DNA of 63,472 nt, counting the filler, from Chiloscyllium plagiosum (Eukaryota), in the NCBI RefSeq assembly GCF_004010195.1. It is 4 parts of one record of this genome, joined end to end, with 100 filler letters (N's around TTAATTAATTAA, not from the genome) between each part and the next. Parts side by side here need not be neighbours in the genome. Positions count along the whole stretch, not along the records: positions 1 to 21,842 come from NC_057711.1; positions 21,943 to 37,052 come from NC_057711.1; 2 more parts are not named here. One strand, given 5' to 3'. Numbering within the stretch: position 1 is the first letter of the stretch; each line of letters starts with the position of its first letter. Shown here one piece after another: positions 12,398-26,278 of this stretch. Made by a program: the position numbers and the translations under genes. The notes under the pieces were generated by a model. That model was not told the DNA's origin. It did no database searches and was given only the letters and a program-made list of their open reading frames with translations.

Positions 12398-13679
12398 AAA
12401 CAAGTTTCTGGTAGTAATTCAGGAGTCACAGCAGAGATTTATTCTGAGGAAAAAGAAGCATGGTACAGGGATAATGACCAGGGAAGTCAGGGATAGCATA
12501 AAGGTAAAAGAGAAAGCGTACAAAGCAGTGAAGGACAGTGGGAAATCAGAGGATTGGGAAGCTTACAAAGACCAATCGAGGGCAACAAAAAAAAGGAGGA
12601 AGATTAAATATGAGATTAAGTTAGCCAGTAACAAAAAGGAAGGCTGTGAGAGTACCTCGGGAAATACAAAGGGCAAAAGTGGACATTGAGCCGCTGGAAA
12701 ATGACACAGATGAGATAGTAGTGGGAAACAAAGAAATGGCTGAGGAACTGAATAATTACTTTGCATGTCTTCACAGTGGAAGACATGAGTAATATCCCAA
12801 AATTTAAGGGAGAGGGGGACAGAACTGAGTATGGTGGCCATCACCAAGGAGAAGGTGCTAGAAAAACTGAATGAGATATAGATGCTTCAGGTGAGATAGA
12901 GAGGGAGGTAAAAGAGGTCGAGGAGATGTATTAGTGGTCAGAGAGGACATCACAACTGCACTGAAGGAGGGCACAATAGAGGACTCGAGCAGTGAGGCAA
13001 TATGGGCAGAGCTCAGAAAGAGGAACAATGTCGGTGCTGTCCTACAGGCCTCCCAAAAGTGAGCGTGAGATAGAGGTATAAATATGTAAACAGATTATGT
13101 AAAGGTGTAGGAGCAACAGGGTGGTGCTAATAGGAGATTTAATTTTCCAAACATTGATTGGGATTCACTTAGTGTTAGAGGTTGAGATGGAGCAGAATTT
13201 TTAAGGAGCATCCAGGAAGGTTTTAGAGAGCAATATGTAAATACTCGGGGAGGGGTTATACTGGACCTGGTATTGGGGAATGAGACCGGCCAGGTGGTTG
13301 AAGTTTCAATAGGGGACTACTTGGGAATAGTGATCACAATTCCGTAAGTTTTAGAATACTCATGGACAAAGATAAGAGTGTCCTAAAGGAAGAATGCTAC
13401 ACTGGGGGAAAGGCCAACCATACCAAAATTCAGCAGGGGAGCTGGGGAATGTAGATTGGGAGAAACAGTTTGAAGGTAAATCCACATTTGAAATGTGGGA
13501 GGCTTTTAAGGAAAGATTGATTAGGGTGCAGGACAGACATGTTCCTATGAAAATGAGGGATAGAAATGGCAAGATTAGGGAACCATGGATGACAGGTGAA
13601 ATTGTACGACTCGCTAAGAGGAAAAAGGAAGCGTACTTAAGGTCTAGGCCACTGAAAACAGATGAATCTTGAAAAGAAT

Positions 13680-14264
13680 GTACAACCTCTGGAGAACAAG
13701 ATGAATGAACTCAGATCATGGCTCAGCTTCCAGCATGAACTGCGGGACTGCTGTGCACTCTGCTTCACGAAAACCTGGCTCAACCTATCCATCCCCAACT
13801 GCGCACTTTAGGCTGATCATTGTTCTCTCCATTGTATGGACCCTGCACAGCATCCTCGGCTAAGACAAAGGGTGGAGGGGTTTGCTTTTTAATCAACAAC
13901 TTGTGGTGCATGACATTGTAATCATGTTCAGTTACTGCTCCCCAAAGCTTGAATTCCTCACCATCAAATGCCACCCCTTCTATCTACCACAGGAATTTAC
14001 TGCTGCTAAACTAACTGCTGTATACAGACTGCCACACGCACCAACTGGTTTTGATACAGTTTCTACCCTACTGTTGTTAGAATACTGAATGGACTCAAAG
14101 CTCTTAGCATTCGCCTGTACCTATGTTTTTTTGTTTTTGCCGCTGTTTACCTATTATTTAGTATCTATGCTACTTAACAATGTGATCTGCCTGTATTGCT
14201 TGCATGACAAAGCTTTTCACTGTGCCTCGGTACATATGACAATAAATTCAATTCAATTCAATTC
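13680..14264 (+). mobile_element. Rex1/Babar-like LINE remnant (endonuclease piece plus 3' end) inserted in CR1
   Basis: CFTKTWL, GGGVCFLIN and LEFLTIKCHPFYLPQEF motifs, (ATTCA)n tail, TSD AAGAAT at 13674-13679 and 14265-14270. Confidence 0.7.
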
Positions 14265-14549
14265 AAGAATATCAGGAAAGTAGGACCAATCTGAAGTAAG
14301 GAGTGAAGAGGGCTAAAAGGGGTTATGAAATAACTTTAACAAACAGGATAAAGAAAAATCCCAAAGCCTTTTATTCGTATATAAGGAGCAAGAGGGTAGA
14401 CAAAGGGTTGGCCCACTCAAGGGCAAAGGAGGAAAGTTATGTATGGCCTCAGAGAAAATGGGTGAGATTCTTCATGAGTACTTTTGCATTGGTATTCACC
14501 AAGGAGAGGGACATGACAGATGTTGAGGTTAGGGATAGATATTTGATTA

Positions 14550-14649
14550 TGCAAAAGTGAAGACTGCAGATGCTGGAAACCAGAGTCTAGATTAGAGTGG
14601 TGCTGGAAAAGACAGCAGGTCAGGCAGCATCTGAGGAGCAGGAAAAATG
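14550..14649 (-). mobile_element. Truncated Penelope pLTR-type fragment
   Basis: AAAGTGAAGACTGCAGATGCTGG...CAGGCAGCATC end sequence. TSD TTTGATTA at 14542-14549 and 14650-14657. Confidence 0.7.
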
Positions 14650-16699
14650 TTTGATTACTCTAGGTCAAGTCATCATAAGGAGGGAGAAAGTGTTGGGTAT
14701 TCTAAAAGGCATTAAGGTGGACAAATACCCACGTTTGGATGGATCTATTACTGAGGGAAGCAAGAGTGGAATAGCTGGGCCCTTAACAGATATCTTTGCA
14801 GCATCCTTGAACATGGGTGAGGTCCCAGAGGACTGGAGAATTGCTAACGCTGTCCCCTTGGGTAACAGGAATAATCCATAATTATAGACTAGTGAGCCTG
14901 ACGTCAGTGGTAGGGAAGCTGCTGGAGAGGATACTGAGGGATAGGATCTATTCCCATTTGGAACAAAATGAGCTTATTAGTGATAGGCAACATGATTTTG
15001 TGCAGACAAGGTCATGTCTTACAAACTTAATAGAATTCTTTGAGGAAGTGACAAAGTTGATTTAAGGGAATTGCTGTAGATGTTGTATACATGGACTTCA
15101 GTGTAAGGCATTTGATAAGCTTCTCCATGGTGTCAGAAGGAGAAAGTGAAGTTGCATGGAGGTCCAGGATATACTAGCTAGATGGATAGAGAACTGGCTG
15201 TGCTACAGGAGAGAGAGAGTAGTAGTGGAAGGGAGTTTCTCAAAATGAAGAATTGTGACCGGTGGTGTTCTACAGGGATCTGTGTTGGGACACTGTTGAT
15301 ATACATAAATGATCTGGAGGAAGGTATAGGTGGTCTGATTAGTAAGTTTGCAGATGACAGTAAGACTGGTGGAATAGCAGATAGTGAAGGACACTATCAG
15401 GGAATGCAGCAGATAGATAGACTGGACAGTTGGGCAGAGAAATGGCAGATGGAATTCAATCCAGGCAAATGCGAGGTAATGCATTCTGGAAGATCCAATT
15501 AAAGAACAACCTCTATAGTAAATGGGAAATTCTTGGGGAAAATTGATGTACAGAGAGATTTGGATGTTTGGATCCATTGTACCCTGAAGGTGGCAACGCA
15601 GGTCAATGGAGTGGTCAAGAAGGCATATGGCATGTTTTCCTTCATCGGACAGGGTATTGAGTACGAGAGTTGTCAGGTCACCTGACAGTTGTATTGAACT
15701 CTCGTTCGGCCACATTTGGAATATTGCATACCGTTCTGGTCATCGCATTACCAAAAGTATGTGGATGTTTTGGAGAGGGTGCAGAGGAGGTTTACCAGGA
15801 TATTGCCTGTTATGGAAGGCACTAGCTATGAAGAGAGGTTGAGTAGATTAGGAGTATTTTCATTAGAAAGACGCAGATTGAGGGGGGGACTTGATTAAGG
15901 TCTACAAAATTATGAGAGGTATAGACAGGGTGGATAGAAGAAGCTTTTTCCCCAGAGTGGGGGACTCAGTTACTAGGGGTCACAAGTTCAAGGTGAGAAG
16001 GGAAACGTTTAAGGGAGATATGCATGGAAAGTTCTTTACACAGTGGGTGGTGGGTGCCTGGAATGTGTTGCCAGCGGAGGTGTTAGAAGCGGGCACAATA
16101 GGATCATTTAAGATGTCTCTAGACAGATACATGAATGGGCAGAGAGCAGAGGGATACAGATCCTTAGAAAATAGGCAACAGGTTTAGATAGAGGATCTGG
16201 TTTGGCGCAGGCTTGGACGGCCGAAAGGCCTGTTCCCGTGCTGTAATTTTCTTTGTTTTTTTGTTCTTTGTCCTATTCTATTAATTTCAAGACATTATCT
16301 CCAAATCCCATGTGCTTTAATTTACATGCAAACCTTTGGAGTTTAAGTTTGTCAAAAGACTTCTGAGGATCCAAATCAATAACATCGACTGACTCCCCTC
16401 ACTAATTCTACGAGTTACATCTTCAAAGATATTATTAAACTGGAGAGCATTCAGAAAAGATTTATCAGGATGTTGCCAGGAATGGAGGGTTTGAGATATA
16501 AAAATAGATTGAAAAGACTGGGATCTTTTCCACTAGAGCTTAGGAAGTTGAGGGTTAACCTTATTGGATTTTATGAAATCATAATTAGCACAAATACGGT
16601 GAATGACAAAGGTCTTTTCCCTCAGGTGCGGCAGTTCAAAACTGGGGGCCATATTTTTTAAGATGAGAAGGGAAAGTTGTAAAAAAAGTTAAAGATATG

Positions 16700-17077
16700 C
16701 CAGTATGTAGCTAATACATCTCACTTTTATTCAGATATAATGGCACAATTAAAATTATTAACTTTTTAACAACATTAACTATAGTGAACAAAGTGCAATA
16801 TGTACCGATAGACTTATTACCGGTCTGAATTAATTAATTAATCAAAATGTGCTGTAGTAAACCAAGTGCAAAGAGTTAAGAGTCATGAATGAATGAATAG
16901 AGATGTGATATAGTAAAAAAAGAACGATGAATAAAGTTATCGGTATGAATGAACACGATTTAATGCGATATAGTAGGGTTGACTTATACACAAGATATAT
17001 GGATAATACAAAATTTTTGGCAAAAATAAGGGGTCGATGTATACATGAGATTGACCTATACATGAGTATATATGGTA
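16700..17077. mobile_element. Probable Tc1/mariner (Tc2/pogo-like) DNA transposon remnant
   Basis: Repeated GGTCGA..TATACA(C/T)GAG subterminal motifs ending ...GAGTATATATGG-TA. Left end not resolved. Confidence 0.4.
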
Positions 17078-17236
17078 TTTGGATTTTCAGAAGGCTTTTG
17101 ATATGGTTCCAGACATTAGGCTACTTAGTAAGAGTCGGTGGTATTCAAGGTAGTATATTAGCAGGGATAGAGAATTAGTTAATGAATAGAAAATAGAGAA
17201 TTAGGGTCAGGGGATATTTTCAGAATGGCAACTTGT

Positions 17237-17490
17237 GGTGAAATTCACATTGATGCCATGGGATTGGAGGGTTCCAAGGCAGAAGGTGAGGCGTTAAAGT
17301 GTTCCATCATGGAGCAGTGGGGTTGATTGGTATGGGTGTCCTGGAGATGTTCTCTGAAGCACTCTGCGAGTAGGCGTCCTGTCTCCCCAATGTAGAGAAG
17401 ACCGCATCAGGAGCAACGGGTACAATAAATAATGGAGGTGCAGGTGAAACTTTGATGGATGTGGAAGGCTCCTCTGGGGCCTTGGGCAGC
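17237..17490 (-). mobile_element. Penelope-like element GIY-YIG endonuclease fragment
   Basis: Minus-strand frame reads CSRCGLLYIGETGRLLAECFREHL. Confidence 0.8.
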
Positions 17491-17629
17491 TGATTTTCCT
17501 GGTCTCTCATTTGAATATTTGATTCTCTGGGCTCAGAGTACAGGAAAAAAGGTAGAAATGTCACAAGACTAGCAATCTACAGCTTCAGGCCATTGCTCTG
17601 AGAGATATTGGTCCATCTGGGTTACTAAT

Positions 17630-17785
17630 ATCTTTTAGGGAAGGAAATTTGTCATCCTTACCCAGTCTGGCCTACATGTGAGTCCAGACCCACTGGCATT
17701 TTGCTTAACTTTTAACTGCCCTCTGAAATTATTGAGCAATGCACTCAGTTCAAGGGCAATAAGGGGTGGGCAGCAAATGCTGGAC
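17630..17785 (+). mobile_element. SINE 3' part sharing its tail with the LINE at 43378-44125
   Basis: GGAAATTTGTCATCCTTACC..TCTGGCCTACATGTGA...AAGGGCAAT..GG..GGGCAGCAAATGCTGG. The tail matches the reverse complement of about 43405-43447. Confidence 0.55.
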
Positions 17786-17971
17786 TTTAAAGAATAAAAT
17801 CATGAATACAATCATATAGATTTAAGAGATCAACTCGAATTTCCCATTCACAAAATTAGAAAACAGAAAATTCAATAGGCTCTTTTGTCAATGTGTTCCT
17901 TTCTAAATCCAAATTATCCAAAACACAAGTACTGCTTCATTTAATTGGCAAACACAAATATTATTAACACT

Positions 17972-18015
17972 TTATGGTGGTTTCCAATCATCACTCAAAT
18001 ATGGTCTACATTTAA
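17972..18015 (-). CDS. Predicted terminal coding exon of a VWD-fragment protein: (V)KCRPYLSDDWKPP*
   Basis: Acceptor TATGCTTTCCTGCAG. The phase-1 start matches the phase-1 end of exon 18620-18786. TAA at 17974-17972 is followed by ATTAAA about 30 nt downstream. Confidence 0.55.
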
Positions 18016-18619
18016 CTGCAGGAAAGCATACTTGGTAGGTTTTCCAAACCTGAAGGTATCATAGAATCAAAATCGTTAATTTTTTATTAGCATCTTAATC
18101 AGATCATGTCTTAAATTTATTACTTTCTAAGGTAATGGATCTGAAAGAGTTAATGCTAAGGATTACATTAAGCTGCACCCAACCTGATGAAGCTATAAAG
18201 ATTTTAATGAAAAAAGGCACAACAGCTCTGGATCTCAAGGGAGACAGACCAAGCAACAAGTTCTCCTTATGTAATAATGTCTTGTACATGATTGTTACCT
18301 TACTATAAACTACAGTGTGTTCAAGATAACAGCCTAGCCTTTTTACTGCCATTTGTTTTACCACACTAGACCAAGCAAGTCCTGAAGGTTCCAAAGATAA
18401 ATGGTGGCAACAAATCTACATATGGTGATCAAGAGTCCAAATAGGTCACACAATATGATGCTGGTGGTGATCGTCTGCAGGTTAAACTTAGCCATGCTAT
18501 TCCAACACTTGTCATCATCATAGATCATAAACCAAATGTACTCAGACTTTTAGCATAAGTCAACCCTTAATCCAGGTGTCATTCTAATAATATCAAACAT
18601 TTCATGAACCATTCCTTAC

Positions 18620-18786
18620 CGCCAGAATGACTGCAAAGTCCAGTGACATCAATTGGCTTCTTCATAGAAACAATAACTGTTCCTTTCCCATTCCAGAGGA
18701 CCGTCAATCCTTTATTTATTTTGATAAACAATTCTTGCTGAGTGCCATAGATGTACATTCCATTGTAGATCATGGGCAAAGACTCC
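18620..18786 (-). CDS. Coding exon resembling the C-terminal half of a von Willebrand factor type D (VWD) domain
   Basis: ESLPMIYNGMYIYGTQQELFIKINKGLTVLWNGKGTVIVSMKKPIDVTGLCSHSG fits the VWD LP..G..I....GL.L.W.G...V......GLC pattern. AG acceptor at 18788-18787 and G|GTAAGG donor, in non-repetitive DNA. Confidence 0.75.
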
Positions 18787-19349
18787 CTGTCGATAACAAT
18801 TCATTTATGAGTGAACTTTTTTTTTGCCCCCAGCTTCTACCAAATCTCCCTCACAACTTTTAATTAGGCCACAATTGGTATTAATCATCTTAACGTATTT
18901 TGTTTAAACAGTCATTATGCAGGAAGATACTTTTTATTTGTTTATTTCACACCCAATCCTAATTTCCCTTGTAAATGTGGTCTTGAACTGCCATCTTGAA
19001 CTGCTGCTGCACTTGTAACGTAGAGAAACCCACATCACTGGGAAGGGAGTTCCTCTTTGGGAAAGGTAAAATGCCTCATAAGAGAAGTCAGGCCTATTTT
19101 TAACATTTCCAAAAGACACATTAATGTGTGTACAAATGTATTAAGCACAACTATGTGCTGTAAAATCGTTTAAATCCCTAATTCAAAAAGTTTTGAAAAA
19201 TAAAGCTCTATAATTGGAAGAAAATCAGTGCATCAATTTCATGGCATGCTGTTTAATGTAAGCCTCAGAATATCAATACTTGCTTGACTGATTCCACACT
19301 ATCACAGTACCACCATCACCCTGGTACTAAAGAAAGCACATGCAACATG

Positions 19350-19850
19350 TCTTAATAATTACCACCGTGTGGCTCTGACCTCCACAATCATGAAGTGCTT
19401 CAGCAGGCTGATCATGGCTCACATCAGCTTGACCCTTCCTGCCTGCCTCAATCCCCGATAATTTGTTTACCGATGTAACAGGTCCACAGCAGATGCCATG
19501 TCCCCAGACCTGCACTAGTCTCTAGAACATCCGGACAACAAGGACACCTATATCAGATCCCTAAACATCCACTACAGCTCTGCCTTCAACACCATAATCC
19601 CCTCCAGGCTGATCTCAAAGCTCCAAGACCGAGGTCGCAGCTCCGAACCCCCCCCCCCCCCCCAGCAACTGGATCCTCAATTTCCTGACCCATAGACTGT
19701 AATCAGTGAATGTAGACGACTGCACTACTTCCAAGATAACCCTCAATACGGGAGGCAGCAAGAATGTGTTCTCAGCCCCCTACTGTATTCCCTGTATACT
19801 CATAACTGTGTAGCCAAATTCCGAACAAATGCCATCTACAAGTTACCATA
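19350..19850 (+). mobile_element. Rex1/Babar-like LINE RT fragment
   Basis: Decayed [31 protein letters not shown] and [11 protein letters not shown]. Confidence 0.8.
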
Positions 19851-19969
19851 ACTCAGAGGAACCTGACACTGTCAACCCTCTCAACCTCTGCTCTGTTGAT
19901 GTAGACAGGTGTGTGTAGTCCTCTTTTCATTCTGAAGTCAATAATCAAGTCTTTTGTTTTGCTGACATG

Positions 19970-22187
19970 TTACAGATGTTTCAGTAAGATTAGGGAGGGT
20001 GGTAAAAAGGAGGGGGGTGGCGTTGCTAATTAGAAATGGTATAACAGCTGCAGAAAAGCAGTTCGAGGGGGATCTCCCTTTGGAGGTAGTATGGGCTGAA
20101 GTCAGAAATAGGAAAGGAGCAGTCACCTTGTTGGGTGTTTACTATAGGCCCCCCAGTAGCACCATAGATGTGGCGAAACAGATTGGGAAACAGATTTTGG
20201 AAAGGTGCAGAAGCCACAGGGTAGTAGTCATGGGCAATTTCAACTTCCCAAATATTGATTGGAAGCTCTTTAGATCAAGTAGATTGGACGGGGCGGTGTT
20301 TGTGCAGTGTGTCCAGGAAGCTTTTCTAACTCAGTATGTAGATTGTCCGACCAGAGGGGAGGCCATATTGGATTTGGTACTTGGTAACGAAACAGGACAA
20401 GTGATGAGCTTGTTAGTGGGTGAACATTTTGGTGATGGTGACCACAATTCTGTGACTTTCACCTTGGTTATGGAGAGAGATAGGTGCATGCAACAGGGTA
20501 GGTTTTACAATTGGGGGAAGGGTAAATACAATGCTGTAAGACAGGATCTAAGTAGCATAAGTTGGGAGCATAGGCTGTCAGGGAAGGATGTCATGGAAAT
20601 GTGGAACTTTTTCAAGGAACAGATACGACGTGTCCTTGATATGTATGTAACTGTCAGGCAGGAAAGAAATGGTCGTGTGAGGGAATCTTGGTTGACGTGG
20701 GAGGTTGAATGTCTTGTAAAGAGGAAGAAGGAGGCTTACATAAGGTTGAGGAAACAAGGTTCAGACAGAGCATTGGAGGGATACAGGAGGTGGAGGCTGG
20801 TACAATTACAACATTTAAAAGGCATCTGGATGGGTACATGAATAGAAAGGATTTAAAGGGATATTGGTAAAATGAGTGTATTGAGTTGGAAGAGATAGGA
20901 GAGGTCTTGAATGAGTACTTTTCTTCAGTATTTACAAACGAGAGGGACCGTATTGTTGAAGAGGAGAGTGTGAAACGGACTGGTAAGCTAGAGGAGATAC
21001 TTGTTAGGAAGGAAGATGTGTTGGGCATTTTGAACAACTTGAGGATAGACAAGTCCCCCAGGCCTGACGGGTATATCCTAGGATTATGTGGGAAGCAAGA
21101 GAGGAAATTGCAGAGCCGTTGGCAATGATCTTTTCGTCTTCACTGTCTTCACAAATAAGAATGCGGAATACAGTGACCACAACTGCCTCACATTCTACAT
21201 AGCTATGGAGAAGGAGAGGATTAGGCAAAATGGGAGGATATTTAATTGGGGAAGAGGAAACTATGATGCGATTAGACATGAATTAGGAAACATGGATTGG
21301 GAGCAATTGTTCCATGGTAAAGGCACTATAGACATATGGAGACTGTTTAAGGAACAGTTGTTGCGAGTGATGAATAAATATGTCCCTCTGAGACAGGCAA
21401 GAAGTGGTAAGATAAAGGAACCTTGGATGACCAGAGCGGTGGAGCTTCTCGTCAAAAGGAAGAAAGTAGCTTACATAAGGTGGAGGAAGCTCGGGTCAAG
21501 CTCAGTTCTACAGGATTACAGGCAGGCGAGGAAGGAGCTTAAAAATGGTCTGAGGAGAGCCACGAGGGGGCACGAGAAAGGCTTGGCAGAACGGATTAGG
21601 GAGAACACAAAGGCATTTTACACTTAAATGAGGAATAAGAGAATGGTCAAAGAAAGTGTAGGCCCGATCAGGGATAGCATAGGGAACTAGTGTGTGGAGT
21701 CTGAGGAGGTAGGGGAAGCCCTAAATGAGTATTTTGCTTCGGTCTTGACAAAAGAAATAAACTTTGTAGTGAATAAAACCTTTGAAGAGCAGGTGTGCAT
21801 GCTAAAATGGATAGAGATAGAGGAAGCTGATGTGCTGAAAATNNNNNNNNNNNNNNNNNNNNNNNNNNNNNNNNNNNNNNNNNNNNTTAATTAATTAANN
21901 NNNNNNNNNNNNNNNNNNNNNNNNNNNNNNNNNNNNNNNNNNAAATTAAGGGGGGGTAGGTATAGGACAGATGTTAGGGGTAGGTTCTTTACTCAGCGAG
22001 TCATGAGTTCATGGAATGCCCTGCCAGTAGCAGTGGTGGACTCTCCCTCATTATGGGCATTTAAGCGGGCATTGGATAGGCATATGGAGGATAGTGGGCT
22101 AGTGTAGGTTAGGTGGGCTTGGATCGGCGCAACATCGAGGGCCGAAGGGCCTGTACTGCGCTGTATTCTTCTATGTTCTATGTTCTA
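19970..22187 (+). mobile_element. CR1-like LINE(s): intact-looking APE segment (ORF 19999-20841), scaffold gap, then 3' end
   Basis: GGVALLI, GVYYRPP, MGNFNFPNIDW, TRGEAILDLVL and GDHN motifs. 3' tail (TTCTATG)n at about 22170-22187. Confidence 0.9.
21843..21942. other. Artificial scaffold linker (44 N + TTAATTAATTAA + 44 N)
   Basis: Identical 100-bp layout at 37053-37152 and 49403-49502. The 12-mer gives stops in all six frames. Confidence 0.95.
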
Positions 22188-22949
22188 TTACAGCACAGTA
22201 CAGGCCATTTGGCCCTCGATGTTGCACCAACCTGTGAAACCAATCTGGAGCCCATCTAATCTACACTACTCCATTTTAATCTAACTACCATTTAAGTGCC
22301 CTTAAAGTTGGTGAGTTTACTACCGTAGTAGTAGAAGCAACAGAAAAGCACTTGAAAAATACAAAGATAGCAGAAAGAACTCAACAAGGAGTTAGGAGGG
22401 CTGAAAGGAACTATGAAGTGTCTTTAGCAAACAGGATTAAGGAAACTCCCATGGTATTTTTTTACATATGTAAGGAGCAAGATGCTAAATAGGGAAAGGG
22501 TAGATCCATTATTGACAGGATGCAGAACTGGGCTGATAAGTGGCAGATGGAATTCAACCTGGAAAAGTGTGAAGTGATTCGTTTTGGAAGGTCGATTTGA
22601 ACGCAGTTTACTGGGATTAAGGCAGAATTCTTGGCAGTGTGGAAAAACTGAGGGATCTTGGGGTCCAAGTCCATAGATCCCTCAAAGTTGCCACCCAAGT
22701 TGATAGGGTTGTTAAGAAAGCGTGCTGGCTTTCATTAGCAGGGGGATTGAGTTTAAGAGCCGCGAGGTTATGCTGCAGCTCTATGGACCTGTGGTTAGAC
22801 CACACTTGGAATATTATGCTCACTAGGAAGGATGTGGAAGCATTTGAGAGGTTGCAGAGGAGATTGGGGCATGTCTTATGAACACAGGTACAGGTGAATG
22901 CTAAGAGTTTGTCAGTCCATTCAGTACTCGAACAACAGTGGGTTAGAAA

Positions 22950-24330
22950 CTGGTTCAAAACCGGCTGGTGCTTGTGTTCAGGCTTCTGTACCTTCTCCCT
23001 GACGGTAGAGGTTGTAGAAAAACATTGCCAGGGTGGGATGGATCTTTGAGAATATTGGCGGCCTTTCCTTTACAGCGGACCTGGTAGATGGATTCTATAG
23101 ATGGGAGGTTGGTCTTTGTGATTGTCCGGGCCCAGTTCACTACTCTCTGTAACCGTCTCCGATCTTGAATGGTACAGTGCCATACCAGGTAGTGATACAT
23201 CCAGACAGAATGCTCTCAATGGTGCACCTATAAAAGTTGGCAAGGGTATTGACTGTCGTGCCAAATTTCCTCAGCTGCCTGAGGAAGAAGAGATGTTATT
23301 GGGCCTTTGTAACCAGTGCATCCACATGAAGAGTCCAAGAAAGCTTGTGTGGATGACTACTCCCAGGAGCTTGACACACTGTTCCACCTCTGTACTGTTA
23401 ATGTGCAGGGGGGCATGAGTAACATCCCGCTGAAAGTCAATGAGTTCCTCGGTTTTGCCGGCATTGAGAGCTAGGTTGTTCTCAGTGCACCATTTTTCCA
23501 GATCTTCCACCTCCCGTCTGTAGTCTGTTTCGTTGCCATCTGAGATTCGACCGACTCTTGTGGTGTCATCAGCAAACTTGTAAATAACATTGGTCTGGCA
23601 TTTGGCAACGCCGTCATGGGTATACAGTGAGTACAGTAGGGGACTGAGTATGCACCCCTGTGGGACTCCAGTATTGAGGGTTAGTGAGGATGAAATATTG
23701 TCCCCAATATTCACTGATTGTGGCCTGTGGGTCAGGAAACTGAGGATCCAGTTGCAGAGAGTGGGGATCACTAATTTTAGTAATCAGTCTCGAGGGGATA
23801 ATAGTGTTGAAGGCTGAACTGTAGTCAATGAGTAGGATTCTTATGTAGCTGCTCTTGGTGTTGAGATGTTCTAGGCAGGAGTGAAGGGCAAGTGATATGG
23901 CATCTGATGTGGATCTCTTGGTCCAAAAGGCAAATTGAAGTGGGCCAACAGTAGTGGGGAGGCTGGAGTTGATTAATGCCATGACCAGCCTTTCAAAGCA
24001 CTTCATGACCACCGAAGTTAGGGCCACTGGGCAGCAATCATTGAGACATGCTGCATGAGCTTTCTTAGGCACAGGGATGATGGTGGCCCTCTTGAAACAG
24101 GCAGGGACAGTGGCCAGCTGCAGGGAGAGCTGAAGATGTCCGAGAAGACCTCTGCAAGTTGATCTGCACATGCTCTGAGTGCACAACCTGGTATTCTGTC
24201 TGGTCCCATCGCTTTCCTTGGATTCACATGAAGGAAAACTGATCTGACCTCTGATGCAGTGACTGTTGGGATAGGTTCGTCGGGACTTGTCGGAGTAGGT
24301 GTTACCTCTCCGCTGAAATTCTGCTCAAAG
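22950..24330 (-). mobile_element. Rex1/Babar-like LINE RT region
   Basis: [80 protein letters not shown] and LPSGRRYRS. Confidence 0.9.
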
Positions 24331-24379
24331 GTTTGAGACGATCTGGGAGAGATGTGTCATCGTCTGATATCTTGCACTG

Positions 24380-26278
24380 GGTTGAGGAAACTAGGACTAG
24401 AAAGGTTGACAGAGCTACGACTTTTCACACTGGAGCGAAGAAGGGTGAAGGGAGACTTGAAAAAGGTATACATGATGAGAAGCACAGATAGAGTGGATAA
24501 CCAGAGACCTTCCTCCCAGGGCAGAAATGGCTATCACAAAGGGCATAATTTTGTGAGGAAGATACAGGGGAGATGTCAGAGGTTGGTTATTTACACAGAA
24601 AGTGGTGGGTACTTGGAATCCACTGCCAGCAGTGGAAGTAAGTCAGACACATTAGGGACATTTAAGTGACTCTTAAATAGGCACATGAGTGACAGTAAAT
24701 TGAAGGGTGTGTTGGTTAGTTTGATCTTAGAGTAGGATTAAAGGCCAGCACAACATCAAGGGCTGAAGGGCCTGTACTGTGCTGTACTGTTCTATGCTCT
24801 ATGTTCTATGTTCACTCAAGGATAAAGGAAGGAACTTACGCATGGAGTTGGAAGATGTGGCTGAGATCCTTAATGAATACCTTACATTAGTGTTCACAAA
24901 GGAGAATGACATGCACTTAATGTATACTGATTCATTATTGGCAGTGTGGCTTTGTGCAGGGAAGGTCATGTCTCAAAACCTTATTTGAGTTTTTTGAGGA
25001 AGTGACAAAGGTGATTGATGAGGGCAAAACAATCAATGTTGTCTTAATGGACTTTAGCAAGGCCTTTGACAATGTCGCTCATGGCAGGCTGATACAAAAG
25101 GTGAAGTCACAAGGGATATTTATGTTACAAGGGAGCTTGTAAGATAAATATGGAACTATCTTAGTCATAGAAGACAGAGAGTAGTGGTGGAAGGGTGTTT
25201 TTCTGACTAGTGATCTATGACCAGTGGTGTTCTTCAGGGGTCAGTGCTGGGATCCGTGTTATTTGCAATATATATAAATGATTTTGTGGCAGAATTTAAG
25301 TGGCCTTATTAGTATGTTTGCAGATGATCAAAAGATTGGAGGAGCTTCAGGTAATGTGGAGGATTCCCAGAGGATACAACAGGATATAGACAGAGTAGAG
25401 ACTTGTGCACAGAAATCGCAGATCGAGTTTAATGCCGACAAATGCATTTTGGAAGATCTAATGCAGGATAAAGTATACAGGATACAGTAAATGTCATAAC
25501 CCTTAGCATCAGTATACAGAAGGATCTCGGCATCCACAGTTCACTGGAAGTGGCCACATGAGTGGATAAGGTGGTCACGAAGGCGTGTGGCATGGTTGTC
25601 TTCGTGGTCAGGGTATAGAGTATAAAAATGGGCAAGTCATGTTGCAATTGTACAGAAGCAAAAACAAAACCAGAAATCGTTGCAAATTTCTGTTTTTGTT
25701 TCTGATTTCCAGCATCTGCAGTTATTTTGGGTTTTTTTTGCAGCTGAATCGAACTTTATTTCATTTACATTTGGAATACTGTGTACAGTTCTGACTGCAG
25801 CACTACGAGAATGATGTAGAGACTCCGGAGAGGTACAGAAAGAGGATGTTGCTGAGTTTGGAAGGTAGTAGCTATGAGGAGAGATTGGACAAACTTGGTT
25901 TGTTTTCATTTGAACATCAAAAGGATGAGGGGAGACCTGATAGAAATTTACAATATTATGACAGGTATGAATAGATTAGATAGTTGGAGTCTTTTCTCAG
26001 GGTAGAATTATTGATTACTAGCGGATTAGGTTTAAGAGAAAAGGGGCTAGGTTTAAAGAAGATGTGAGAGGCAGGTTTTTCAACTCAATGGTACCAGAGG
26101 TGGTGATGAAGATGGATACAATAACAATGTTTAAAAGACATTTTGACAGATATATGAATAGTCAAGGAATATGAACTGCATAAAGGCAAAAGGTTTTTAG
26201 CTTAGAAAGGCATCACATCTCTCTGCAGGCTTGGTGAGCCAGAGACCTGTTCCTGGGCTGTACTACTCTTTGTTCTTG
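24380..26278 (+). mobile_element. CR1-like LINE fragments
   Basis: GRSCLKTLFEFFEEVT, DFSKAFD and FADD motifs. Two 3' tails (about 24810 and 26278). Confidence 0.85.

Larger units (their letters stand above)
12880..16270 (+). mobile_element. Degenerate CR1-like LINE ORF2 (APE to RT to 3' UTR)
   Basis: Ordered fragments GDFNF, NPKAFYSYI, GEVPEDWRIAN, SCLTNLIEFFEEVT, SKFADDSK, ERVQRRFTR, ending in a TTTGTTC-type tail at about 16270. Confidence 0.9.

Noticed and set aside
19999..20841. 280-aa ORF as a host gene
   Set aside because: It is the APE endonuclease segment of a CR1 ORF2, with many decayed paralogues in the window.
21887..21898. TTAATTAATTAA motif recurring three times
   Set aside because: Always centred in 44 N + 12 + 44 N, so it is a scaffolding linker and not biology.
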